From contig JAVJNR010000003.1 in NCBI GenBank assembly GCA_040217195.1, positions 576,001 through 640,000 of the forward strand: a stretch of 64,000 nucleotides of DNA. The letters run 5' to 3'. Numbering within the stretch: the first letter of the stretch is position 1; the number at the start of each line of letters is the position of its first letter. Under the pieces are notes generated by a model. It had not been told where the DNA came from, ran no database searches, and saw only the letters and a program-made list of their open reading frames with translations. The DNA comes from Leptospiraceae bacterium (GTDB taxonomy: Bacteria; Spirochaetota; Leptospiria; Leptospirales; Leptonemataceae). The position numbers and the translations under genes were made by a program. Shown one piece after another: positions 1 to 9,335 of the stretch.

Positions 1-342
1 GTTTTCTTTTTGATAGGAGTGGCGGTTCCGTTGATCGTAGGACGGTGGCTTTCCATAACCAATTTCATTGTTTCTGCTGCAATAGGAGGATTGGCTTTTT
101 ATTTCACCGGTGTGTGGGCCTTTGGCTTGTTCGCCGCCGGTATTCTAGCCTTCTTCATTGGAATATTTGGTACAGTGTTTTCGGCGGCGGGCAAAGGAGG
201 AAGTGGTAGCGGAGGCTCTCATGGTCATTCGTCTTACATCTCTTCAAGCTATTCCAGTTCCAGCTCTGGCTTTAGTTCCGGTAGTTCCTTTTCCGGTGGT
301 GGCGGAAGCTTCGGAGGTGGGGGCGCTTCCGGAAGCTGGTAA
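1..342 (+). CDS. TPM-domain (YgcG-like) membrane protein, C-terminal part (5' truncated)
   Basis: Open frame from base 1; TM segments followed by Gly/Ser-rich tail ending in the characteristic SFSGGGGSFGGGGASGSW. Confidence 0.75.
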   Translation, partial: VFFLIGVAVPLIVGRWLSITNFIVSAAIGGLAFYFTGVWAFGLFAAGILAFFIGIFGTVFSAAGKGGSGSGGSHGHSSYISSSYSSSSSGFSSGSSFSGGGGSFGGGGASGSW

Positions 343-485
343 TGCAACAGGGAACCTGCACTCCGGGCTGGAGACCCTTGAAGACATCGCATCCAGAGTT
401 CCGCTGCCCTGGATTTAAGAATCCATGAATCTAGCAGATTTGGCCGGTTTACTGACCAGACCGACCAATACATCTTTTAACGGCG

Positions 486-2378
486 CTATGGTTTCAGTTG
501 GAGGATTCGACCTGCATCGCTATCCAGGCAAACCGGTACGGGGCCTCGAACACAGGATAGCTCTCCCTGGCCTTCGTAGAGCAATTCCAGTTTTTGGCTC
601 CAGCGAAACACCCGGTTTCCGTAGGCAAGAACCAGCGGCGAAGTAGATAGGACCTGAAGGCCCCGTCGATTGTCTGATTGAATCCAGGAATCAGAAAACT
701 CCGAGCTCTTCACTGAGCTAATAGAAGTTCCCTGGATTCGCAGTTGCATAAGTTTGCCCGCAGCAATCACCAGAAAATCATTCTGCAAACATTGGGCCGC
801 CTTGATTTCTACGGTAGCCCCGGACTCCGTTGCACTCGAAATTTGAGCCACACTATATTTTTGAATAGCCCTGTAATCAGTGGTGGTAACGTAGATCTCC
901 CCGGAATAAATCATGGTACCGGATGCACAGAGAGCCACTGGAGGGCCCGGCCGGGTATCCAGTTCCAGCTTCTGCTGCAAAACAGAGGGATTGCCTGCGA
1001 TGGGATGAAAAGACATTCCCTGGCCATCGTATGCCAGTATTCCGGTAGATGCCAGAGCGATTTGCATGTCGGAAGGTCCTTGTAGACTGAGAACCCTGGA
1101 AACAGTACCGTTAAAATCTATATCCTGAATCAATATCTGTGATTCAATCCCTCCGGCCATCACAGCCAGGCGAAGGCCATCGCTGGTGGCCCGGGCCCAT
1201 TCAGGCTGCACGGCAAATAAACTTCGAGCGAAAGGTAAGGCCTTCAATTCAATAGAACGAAATCCGCCGGCAGGACCGAGCAAGCGTCGCCTGGAATCCG
1301 GGCCTTCCCATTCCAGCTTCAGGCTTGCACCTCCTCCCCCTTGAAAGTATTCTATTACAATATCTGCATCATTGCTGAGCTGAATACTGCCGGAATGCTC
1401 GGTAGGAGCCATCCCTCTCCATTCATCTATGATGAGCTTCCCGTTCACGTATAAACGAACCCCGTCATCGCTGGTAGTATAGAAAGTAAATTCTCCGGGC
1501 TTTTTGATCAGTAGCTTGCCTGTCCATCGCGCGGAGAAATTTGTACGAGGAACAGTGGGAGCCGGTGAAGATTTGTTAAAATCGTGCTCAATGTAGGTTT
1601 CCGAGCGCTTCAATTTATTTTGCTCGAATTTTCTTCCTTCGAAGTACTCCGCCTGCCAGGCGCCCTGAATCCCTTCTGCTTCTTTTACCAGAAGGTCCGT
1701 CGCATTGAGGGTTCCGGAGGTGGTTAAATGGGACGGAGTATCGCTTCCTGGACGAACCCATAGAAGCTCTAGATGGCCGGCTCCTCCCTGCTCAAAATAA
1801 TCCAGCTGAATGCGATAATCCCTGCCTGCCTGCAGGTTGATCGCGGCCTGAAACTCGGTGGTTCCCATGGGCCTCCATTCATCTATGATCCGCCGGCCAT
1901 TAATGTACAGTCGCACACCATCATCGCTTCGAGTGACAAAGGTGTAGGTTCCACTGCGTTTAACCTTTAGAAGTCCGTTGGCCCGAATACTGAAGTTATC
2001 TCTGGGCACATCTGCATGAGGACTTCCATTGCCCATGGGCATGTTCAATGAAGTTCTGGTTTCAGTGGCCAGTTTTTTACCGAAGCCTTTTCCCTCAAAA
2101 TAGTCGATCGAATATCCCTTCCCCTGCATTCCATCCGAGGCGACGGTATAATATTTGAGCTGTCCTTCTGTGTAACTTACGGTTGCATAGATGGGCTGAC
2201 CTGCAGCATCCTGACCCAGGTATGTTAGATCAGCACCGCCATCAGCATCCAAAGAATGCACAACAATGGACGATGCTGGAGCCCTGGTAGATGGCGCAGC
2301 ATTCAATTCTGCGGAGGCTACAGTCAGAATTAGTGCCAGAATGCAATGGAATCGTACAGGATTGGAACGGTGTATCAT
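486..2378 (-). CDS. Secreted protein with two PA14 carbohydrate-binding domains
   Basis: Signal peptide; two repeats of NFSxRxxG...YTF/FTF..SDDGVRLYxNGxxIIDEW...YFxxGGxAxLxLxW. Confidence 0.85.
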   Translation of the reverse strand: MIHRSNPVRFHCILALILTVASAELNAAPSTRAPASSIVVHSLDADGGADLTYLGQDAAGQPIYATVSYTEGQLKYYTVASDGMQGKGYSIDYFEGKGFGKKLATETRTSLNMPMGNGSPHADVPRDNFSIRANGLLKVKRSGTYTFVTRSDDGVRLYINGRRIIDEWRPMGTTEFQAAINLQAGRDYRIQLDYFEQGGAGHLELLWVRPGSDTPSHLTTSGTLNATDLLVKEAEGIQGAWQAEYFEGRKFEQNKLKRSETYIEHDFNKSSPAPTVPRTNFSARWTGKLLIKKPGEFTFYTTSDDGVRLYVNGKLIIDEWRGMAPTEHSGSIQLSNDADIVIEYFQGGGGASLKLEWEGPDSRRRLLGPAGGFRSIELKALPFARSLFAVQPEWARATSDGLRLAVMAGGIESQILIQDIDFNGTVSRVLSLQGPSDMQIALASTGILAYDGQGMSFHPIAGNPSVLQQKLELDTRPGPPVALCASGTMIYSGEIYVTTTDYRAIQKYSVAQISSATESGATVEIKAAQCLQNDFLVIAAGKLMQLRIQGTSISSVKSSEFSDSWIQSDNRRGLQVLSTSPLVLAYGNRVFRWSQKLELLYEGQGELSCVRGPVPVCLDSDAGRILQLKP

Positions 2379-2559
2379 AATGTTTCCTTTGAAGCTACTG
2401 GAAGGCCCGCAATAAGACTAAAGTGCTCAGTGTATGCGGGACTATTTCAATATTCAGATTTTTCCTCAACCTTATGAGCGATCCATGGCCGGTGAATTGC
2501 CATATTGAAACTCACTTTAAAATGAGAAGTCCGTAGCTTCTAACCACGGACCTGTGAAT

Positions 2560-3159
2560 CTATTTCTGATTATCTTTTAGAGCGATAACATAGCGAAGAT
2601 TGACTTCGTTGTTCATAACCAGGTTGGCAATATGCTCTCCGTTTAGATCAAAATCCTTGCGATTGACTTGAAAGTCTCCTTCGATATAGACATGTTCATT
2701 TTTCCAGGAGACCTTTGTAGGAACTGTATACTGCTTCTGTTTGTCTCGAATCTGAAGTGTAAAAACGAAATCGTATAGTCCATCCGCCCTTTTTTTAACT
2801 TCTTCAAGTTGAATCTGAGAAGTAGGGTATTTTTCTACCCAGAAAAAATCATCCTGGCGAAGATGCTCATCCCTGTCCCGATCCCTGGTAAACACGGAAG
2901 CAGGCCAGATTAGAAGACCGCCTCTGAAAGTTTCTGGTCGACTACCATCAAAGGTAAAATCATTCAACCTATAACTTCGAAAGTAACCCTTTACATCTAC
3001 AAGCTTAGCATCTACGAAAAACTCTATGGAACTTCTGGATCTATCAAGAGTAAATCTGTCCTGATTCTGTGGCTCCGCCCCCAGAGGCAGATAAGCACCT
3101 GCGAAAGTCATGCAGACCAAAAGTGCTGAAGAAATGGTTTTATAGATCGAACGATTCAT
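2560..3159 (-). CDS. YceI-family periplasmic lipid/polyisoprenoid-binding protein
   Basis: GGAGG RBS before ATG 3159; signal peptide; LDRSRSSIEF, RDRDRDEHLRQDDFFWVEKYP, VNRKDFDL. Confidence 0.85.
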   Translation of the reverse strand: MNRSIYKTISSALLVCMTFAGAYLPLGAEPQNQDRFTLDRSRSSIEFFVDAKLVDVKGYFRSYRLNDFTFDGSRPETFRGGLLIWPASVFTRDRDRDEHLRQDDFFWVEKYPTSQIQLEEVKKRADGLYDFVFTLQIRDKQKQYTVPTKVSWKNEHVYIEGDFQVNRKDFDLNGEHIANLVMNNEVNLRYVIALKDNQK

Positions 3160-3239
3160 TGTTTGCTCCTCCAATGGCCCGGTTTTCTCCAGACCATATT
3201 TAGACAATGCGGCCCATGGCATCGTTCTTGTTTTTCTGC

Positions 3240-4865
3240 TCAAAGAGGTAGAAGAAAATAAAATGCATACCTGGAAAAATACCTTCTTTTCGCAGATGGT
3301 ATGAACCCTGTATATGGGTCCGGCGTCTCCGAAGCCGGAGTAATGTAAGCCCCGGCCGCACTTATGGTAAGATTCACTCCGCTCAAAGTGTAATCTAGAA
3401 TCAGAATGCCCTCCGTTCCCTGGGCCTCCTTGTATTCCGCTCGGTTCAAATGTACCGTAAAGTAGGTATCTCCTGGAAAGGCTGAGAATAACCGGGTGTC
3501 CCAGAAGATTCCACCCATACGAATACCCCGGTTTGCATGATCCGGAATGAGCAGATCATGGTCCTGTATTCTGGAATTCACCACACGGCCGTTTTCGCTG
3601 GTATGGCTTCCCGGAAAAGAATCAAAAAATCTTCTATTAGATAGAGGATGACTCTGGTCAAATGGAGGCCTGGAGGAAATCAGTATGGAACCCATGCCGC
3701 CCAATATGCGAGGCAGTGGGTTCAGCGGAGCAAAGCCCTGATAATCTTCTCCATCGGTTCTCTGGCGAGAGCTTCCCAGGCCGGAAATTCCCAGACGCTG
3801 TCCAGCACTGAAGTGCCAGATCCATCGCCCGGCTGCCAGCCATCCACGAATGGTCTTTCTGGAAAGGAACTCCTCCCCTCCGTAATCTGTGCGAGCCGAT
3901 TGCTGTCCGTGGGATCGATAGAACTGAAAATCCATCTCCCAGTCCGAGCCAGAGTAATTCAGTGCCAGACCGGAGTAATGAACATACTGAGCGGGGATGG
4001 CGGACTGGCCATCCCATAGAATTAGATCCTGGATTCTACCATCAGGTCTGGCGCTACGACCATTTAAGCGATAGTTTCCATAGCTGAACTCCAGATGCCA
4101 GCCCTGCCAGAAAAAGGATAACTCTCCTCCATAATACCTGGCTTCTCCCGTTCTCTGGCCGGTTCCGAAGTAAGGATTTGCATCCGAAAGATCCAGAGCA
4201 TGAAATTGCAGACCGAATATCAGCCCTCCGGCCAGTCGGAATTGCTGCCCAGCTGTAATCCCCGGGGCCCTCAGATCGTAAAGTAAACCCAGAGGATCGG
4301 ATTGCATTGGCTGAAAACCGGTTCGGAGCCAGACTTGATCTCCAGAAACCGATGGCTGGGGCCAGGAAATGTAAGGAGAGCCCCACCAGAGCAACCCAGC
4401 GTATAAACCGGCCTGAGACTTTCTGGAAACCAGGCTGTTCTGCCCCTGAGCAGCCCCCAGAAGCAACACTCCAAAGTCCTCGGAAGTGTATTCTCCTCCC
4501 AGAATGACTTGAGCTCGCACTCCCTGCGCCCTGTGGAAGGCCTTTTCGGTACCTCCAGCATCGGATGCACCCACGGAACGCATGGAATAGAGAGGAAAGA
4601 AACCGGACTGCCCCCTTTTTTCCCACCACAGCAGGCCTGTGTAGGGATAAGGTGAAAAAAAATCCTCACCGGAGGATGCCTCAGATTCCTCCTCCAGGGA
4701 CTCATTCGATGCATTCTGTGGCTCTGAAACCCCAATTCCGGGCTCATTGCTTTCATTTTCTGCCTGAAGGGGAGTAGAAAAACTCAGGAAAAAGGCCAAT
4801 AGACCGATACAAAAAGGACTGGACCGTAGTGCGCCGCAAAAAAAACTGACCAGACAGTGGTGCAA
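3240..4865 (-). CDS. Hypothetical outer-membrane beta-barrel protein (start uncertain)
   Basis: Signal-like segment (LLAFFLSFSTPLQA), alternating amphipathic beta strands rich in G/Y/F/W, aromatic C-terminus; ORF extension to 5105 overlaps the divergent SLT gene and is unlikely. Confidence 0.55.
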   Translation of the reverse strand: MHHCLVSFFCGALRSSPFCIGLLAFFLSFSTPLQAENESNEPGIGVSEPQNASNESLEEESEASSGEDFFSPYPYTGLLWWEKRGQSGFFPLYSMRSVGASDAGGTEKAFHRAQGVRAQVILGGEYTSEDFGVLLLGAAQGQNSLVSRKSQAGLYAGLLWWGSPYISWPQPSVSGDQVWLRTGFQPMQSDPLGLLYDLRAPGITAGQQFRLAGGLIFGLQFHALDLSDANPYFGTGQRTGEARYYGGELSFFWQGWHLEFSYGNYRLNGRSARPDGRIQDLILWDGQSAIPAQYVHYSGLALNYSGSDWEMDFQFYRSHGQQSARTDYGGEEFLSRKTIRGWLAAGRWIWHFSAGQRLGISGLGSSRQRTDGEDYQGFAPLNPLPRILGGMGSILISSRPPFDQSHPLSNRRFFDSFPGSHTSENGRVVNSRIQDHDLLIPDHANRGIRMGGIFWDTRLFSAFPGDTYFTVHLNRAEYKEAQGTEGILILDYTLSGVNLTISAAGAYITPASETPDPYTGFIPSAKRRYFSRYAFYFLLPL

Positions 4866-4892
4866 CGCACCATACCAGGTCAGGAGGCCAAT

Positions 4893-5585
4893 ATGAAAAG
4901 CCCTAAGATTAGACTGATGATGACAGCTCCCTTGCTCTTTGTAGCCATTGTTTTGGGACACCACCTGGATAACCGTGGATCGGAAGCGGATGCTATTTCT
5001 GTAGAAGATCCCCATTATGCGTTTCTTGCAGATTACATTCAGAAGTACAATCCGGGAGTGAGTACCGCCGAAAGCGAGGCACTTGCACGTGCCATTATGA
5101 AGCATTCTCGTAACCTCCGCATCCCGGAAAGCGCAAAAATCGATGGAGAGGCTGTGGAGCCTGAACTCCTGGTCACAGCCTTTATTGAAACGGAATCCAC
5201 ATTTAAGAAGTATGCTGTATCCAGCGCCAATGCTCGTGGATATATGCAGCTAATGCATGATACAGTTCGCTGGATGAACGTAAAATACGATACTCGTGCA
5301 GACCTGAACAAACTCCACGATACCGATCTAAATGTTCGTCTGGGAGTGACCTACTTGAACTATCTCTTTGAAGAGATGAAGGATCCTCGTCTGGTAGCTC
5401 TGTCCTACAATGCAGGACCAGGCAATGTTTCCAGAGGTTACTACATAGAACGATACTGGATCAAAATTCGCAGACACTATAGAAAAGCCCATACCGAGCA
5501 AGAGATAGCCTTCTCAAACATTTCTGAGGAGCAAAAGCTTGCCTACTTGCAAAAAGGGCCCGCATCTGAAAATTCGGTGGATTGA
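4893..5585 (+). CDS. Lytic transglycosylase (SLT domain)
   Basis: AGGAGG RBS before ATG 4893; motifs ETESTF, ARGYMQLM, NVRLGVTYL, SYNAGPG. Confidence 0.9.
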   Translation: MKSPKIRLMMTAPLLFVAIVLGHHLDNRGSEADAISVEDPHYAFLADYIQKYNPGVSTAESEALARAIMKHSRNLRIPESAKIDGEAVEPELLVTAFIETESTFKKYAVSSANARGYMQLMHDTVRWMNVKYDTRADLNKLHDTDLNVRLGVTYLNYLFEEMKDPRLVALSYNAGPGNVSRGYYIERYWIKIRRHYRKAHTEQEIAFSNISEEQKLAYLQKGPASENSVD

Positions 5586-7261
5586 TGCCGAAGCACTCTC
5601 TCAAGCGATGGCCCTCCCCCGGGCCATCCGATTCAAACACAACTCCCCAGCTGCCCGGCTCTGCCGGGCTTTTCTTTTTTGCATCCATTTGCCTGTTTCT
5701 GTTTTTTCTGGCCAGTGCAGCTTGTCAAAGCCTGGTTTCGTCGAATGCCCCGGAAAAACCGCAGGACGATTCCCGCTTAAGTCAAATTCTACCATCCTGG
5801 CTATCCGGTTGGTCCTGGAATCCTTTCCAGAGCGATGATCCCAGATACAGCATGAACTATGAACCGGACTATGTGCACTGGTTTGACCACTTCTCATTCA
5901 TTCGCGGTTCAAGGGGACAATTCCTCCGCCTAAAACGAATGGAAGATGTTCCGCCCATGATGCTCGCCGACGGTAATGGAACAGAGAAAGTGTATAGAAT
6001 CCTGAAAGAAGATGCGGACTACTTTCGCAAACAGGGATTCTCTATTGTGAATAGCGGACCCTTCCTCTGGATCGATCCGGGCCTGAAAGCGCGAAAACGA
6101 TCCCGGAATTTTGAACACTGGATGCAAGGTTATAAAGACAATGAGATGATAGAACGTATTCTGCGATATTTAGCCAGGCAGCATCCATCCAAGGCGCAGA
6201 TGGTACGTATAGGTACTTCTGTGCAGGACCGACCTATCTATGCATTACGAATTAGTAGAAGCTATGACCTTTCCAGGAAATCCATTCTGTTCAATTCGGG
6301 GCATCATGGAATGGAAGTACTGAGCATAGATTATTCCCTGGATGTGGCCTGCCTTCTACTGAACGAACATTGCTATCCACATTCCAGGACCATGGATGAA
6401 GAACTAAGGGACTATATACTTAACGACTTTGTGGTCTGGATTATCCCCATGGTTAATCCGGATGGTCTGCATCGCTTCTGGAATTCCAGCGGATATATGG
6501 GACGAAGAAATGCGAATGGAGTGGATCTGAACCGAAACTATCCGTTTTACTGGAATTCCTGGAATGAGCTGGCCTCCAGCGGATCCGCCTCTTCGTACAA
6601 ATACCGGGGACCGGAGCCTGCATCGGAGCCTGAAACAAGGGCAATGATGGACCTGGCTTCCAGGCATCGATTTTTGTTATCTTTCTCTTTTCATACATAC
6701 GCTACCCGGGTTCTATTTCCGTACACTTCGGATGGAGCATCTAATCCGTACCCGGACCCTGCAAGACATCTGGCATTGCAGATTGCCCGTCACGGTATTA
6801 GCTATCGCACCACACGTCAGTACGAGGCAGCCAGAAAACTGTATTCAGTGGATGGAACGGATCAGGACTGGATGTATCATGAACTGGGCACCATGGCCTT
6901 TATTGTTGAGGGCTCCATGTCCACACCTTCCTGGGAAAATGCGCTTAAGTCCATATCCGGTATGCAGCCTATTTCTCTGGCAGCCCTGAATCAGATTCGC
7001 ACTGGACCCAGGCTGGAACTAATAATTACGGATCCTTCCGGAAAACCTCTGTCCAATGCCAGAATGAAACTGGAATCTAGAACTCAGTTCGAAAATGAAA
7101 CCTGGCCCAGGGCAGATCAATTTGGTAGGATTAATGTATTTCTGGTTCCAGACGAAATATTGTATGCTGAGATCCAGGCACCAGGGTATCAAAGCCGCAG
7201 ATTCAAACTGCAATGCAGGACAGTTTGCGAGCAACGATTCCAATTGACCCCCATTAGGTAG
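5582..7261 (+). CDS. M14-family zinc carboxypeptidase
   Basis: HHGME (HxxE), PMVNPDG, RRNANGVDLNRNY, SEPET, SFHTY, IVEG; C-terminal regulatory-like beta domain. Confidence 0.9.
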   Translation: MMPKHSLKRWPSPGPSDSNTTPQLPGSAGLFFFASICLFLFFLASAACQSLVSSNAPEKPQDDSRLSQILPSWLSGWSWNPFQSDDPRYSMNYEPDYVHWFDHFSFIRGSRGQFLRLKRMEDVPPMMLADGNGTEKVYRILKEDADYFRKQGFSIVNSGPFLWIDPGLKARKRSRNFEHWMQGYKDNEMIERILRYLARQHPSKAQMVRIGTSVQDRPIYALRISRSYDLSRKSILFNSGHHGMEVLSIDYSLDVACLLLNEHCYPHSRTMDEELRDYILNDFVVWIIPMVNPDGLHRFWNSSGYMGRRNANGVDLNRNYPFYWNSWNELASSGSASSYKYRGPEPASEPETRAMMDLASRHRFLLSFSFHTYATRVLFPYTSDGASNPYPDPARHLALQIARHGISYRTTRQYEAARKLYSVDGTDQDWMYHELGTMAFIVEGSMSTPSWENALKSISGMQPISLAALNQIRTGPRLELIITDPSGKPLSNARMKLESRTQFENETWPRADQFGRINVFLVPDEILYAEIQAPGYQSRRFKLQCRTVCEQRFQLTPIR

Positions 7262-7276
7262 TACTCATAATGGAGT

Positions 7277-7894
7277 ATGAGCCGAGCCCGTTTGGTGCAA
7301 AAGGATCTTCCGGATGATCTGTATGAAGCCCTCCGAAACCAAACTGAGCTGGGCGTTGATTGTGAGATGATGGGCTTGAATCCCTGGAGGGATAGGCTTT
7401 GCCTCATCCAGGTAGCCTCCGAAGATGGAACTTGCGCACTGGTGCAGGTGGATGAATCGTCCCCTCCACAAAGAATGCGAGAGCTCTTTGAAAACCCTTC
7501 TATTCAAAAGATTTTCCACTTTGCCCGGCTGGATTGTCTATTCCTCCGGATGAGAACCAACATACAGATCAAAAATGTTTTCTGCACCAAGATAGCCAGT
7601 CGTCTGGGCCGGACCTATACAGATCGCCATGGACTGAAGGAAGTGGTTCGAGAATTTACCGGAGAGACTCTGGATAAACAAATTACTTCGTCAGACTGGG
7701 GCAGCAATAAACTCACCGATGATCAACTGAACTACGCCGCAAGCGATGTAATCTATCTGTTCGCAGTGAAGCGGGGATTGATGGAGATTATTAATCGAGA
7801 AGGCCGTGCTGAATTACTGCAGGCTTCCCTGGACTACCTGCCCTATCGCGTGGAGCTGGATCGTCTGGGCTATGATAGCATTTTTCAGCACTGA
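7277..7894 (+). CDS. rnd: Ribonuclease D-like DEDDy 3'-5' exonuclease
   Basis: VDCE, RDRLCLIQ, KIFHFARLD, SSDW, YAASDV. Confidence 0.85.
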   Translation: MSRARLVQKDLPDDLYEALRNQTELGVDCEMMGLNPWRDRLCLIQVASEDGTCALVQVDESSPPQRMRELFENPSIQKIFHFARLDCLFLRMRTNIQIKNVFCTKIASRLGRTYTDRHGLKEVVREFTGETLDKQITSSDWGSNKLTDDQLNYAASDVIYLFAVKRGLMEIINREGRAELLQASLDYLPYRVELDRLGYDSIFQH

Positions 7895-8007
7895 GAACCG
7901 GAACGGGCCTCTGTCCTGATCCTGTAGCTTTCTATCTAACCCATGTGCGATCCCGGCATACAACCCGGGACCGCACATGCTCTTCCATTCTCTACTGAAA
8001 ATTGACT

Positions 8008-8451
8008 CTACTGTTCATCAGTACTGGGCGGACCGTTTCGATCAAAAAATCCTGGAGGCAATGCATCTTTGCATTCCTGGGAAAGCTCATCCTTATGAGA
8101 CTTCAAGCATTGCATCATACGACCCTGACCTGGCTTCACTCCTTCGCAGAATTTCTCCCGATCTGAAGTGCATGCTTCATGCATTTTCTCCATCTTTTCA
8201 TGCATGGCCTTCATTCTATCCTGGCAAGCCTGGGAGAATTCATCCTTATTCTCCATCATGCATTTATGCTTATCGAGCATTGTCTGTGCATCAGGACAGA
8301 CTTCTTTCATCTCCTGCATGCACGGCCCCTGTCCCATTCCAGGACCTGGACCTTTACCCGGTTTTCCCATCAGCGGTAGAGACAGTACCATAACGCCAAG
8401 AATGGCCCCTGCCAGGGCCCATTTGCGATTTTGTTTAAAATCAAATTTCAT
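8008..8451 (-). CDS. Secreted cysteine-rich repeat protein (GLG1/Cys-rich-FGFR-like repeats)
   Basis: Signal peptide; two units of CxxD/ExxxxC...xxCxxxxKDExSQxC. Confidence 0.7.
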   Translation of the reverse strand: MKFDFKQNRKWALAGAILGVMVLSLPLMGKPGKGPGPGMGQGPCMQEMKEVCPDAQTMLDKHKCMMENKDEFSQACQDRMKAMHEKMEKMHEACTSDREKFCEGVKPGQGRMMQCLKSHKDELSQECKDALPPGFFDRNGPPSTDEQ

Positions 8452-8568
8452 AATTCTTTCTCCCGGTTCAGGCGAAGGGTTTCCTACCTGTTTACCATGG
8501 AATCCAACCATTGCGGTCAGCATCCTGTCGCAGGTTTGTATTCGCGCAAAAGCGATGTCATTTCTTTT

Positions 8569-9249
8569 TTAGTTTGCAGGGATTACGGAAAGGCATTTCT
8601 GCACGCCTTCCGGGTCCGCGGCATTCATAATGCATTCCGCATCTGACGTTGAGAAGCGCTGAACGCAGCGGCTCTGAAAAGAAACTCGTGCAGACTCTGA
8701 TTTCCAGGACTCCAGCAGTCGCTTTCGATCCGGATCCTGCTTTAGATACTCGCTGTCAGAATATATACTGAGCATTCTTCCATAGGCTTTTTCGCATTGC
8801 TCAGCACTTGCCTTTTCCTGACCAGGATTTGCAGGATCTCCATCCACAGAGTCCACTGAATCGGTACCACCAGGATCATTTCCAGGATCTACGGCTGCCT
8901 GGCGTTTTTTGAATTGTTCTACGATATAAGAAACGGGCTGCCCTCTATTTATGGACTCTTCGCACAGTAGTATTTCAAGAAAGGACTCGGCGGCCATCTG
9001 GCATTGGTACATCTTGCGACTGACCTGGCTTTTACAGGAATTTACCTCTGCAGCGATGGTTGTCTGCGCCACAAGTCCCTTCTGGTTCAGCTCCAGGGCC
9101 CGGCTCAGCGGACCGGCCCGGGTGGCCAGGAGCAACTGTTTCGCATATAGTTTCTGACACTCCTCCAGGCTTAGCCCACTTGCTGCAGTCAGAGCCGGAA
9201 TTAGTAGCAGAGTACAGGCAAAACCCAGAAAGATGGACCCGAATCGCAT
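8569..9249 (-). CDS. Secreted hypothetical protein with two 4-Cys helical modules
   Basis: Signal peptide; ECQKLY...C...CQMAAES...C and QCEKAY...C...CIMNAAD...C joined by a D/P/G-rich linker. Confidence 0.65.
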   Translation of the reverse strand: MRFGSIFLGFACTLLLIPALTAASGLSLEECQKLYAKQLLLATRAGPLSRALELNQKGLVAQTTIAAEVNSCKSQVSRKMYQCQMAAESFLEILLCEESINRGQPVSYIVEQFKKRQAAVDPGNDPGGTDSVDSVDGDPANPGQEKASAEQCEKAYGRMLSIYSDSEYLKQDPDRKRLLESWKSESARVSFQSRCVQRFSTSDAECIMNAADPEGVQKCLSVIPAN

Positions 9250-9335
9250 GCTTCCAGTTTTATTGGGGAATACTTACTGTAAAGCTGAAAGGCTGGAAAA
9301 GGTTGACTCGGCCCCTGCCCGTAGGACTGGAGCAT

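Noticed and set aside
2503..2530. Near-palindrome CTCACTTTAAAATGAG upstream of the PA14 gene as a Fur-like box
   Set aside because: Imperfect, and does not match the 19-bp Fur consensus well enough to call
4838..4845. A8 run near the barrel gene start as a phase-variation tract
   Set aside because: Short run, ORF is open through it, and no evidence of slippage
4866..5105. 5' extension of the barrel ORF
   Set aside because: Overlaps the well-supported divergent SLT gene
9060..9335. 5' extension of the GH1 ORF
   Set aside because: Overlaps a divergent gene; RBS supports ATG 9336
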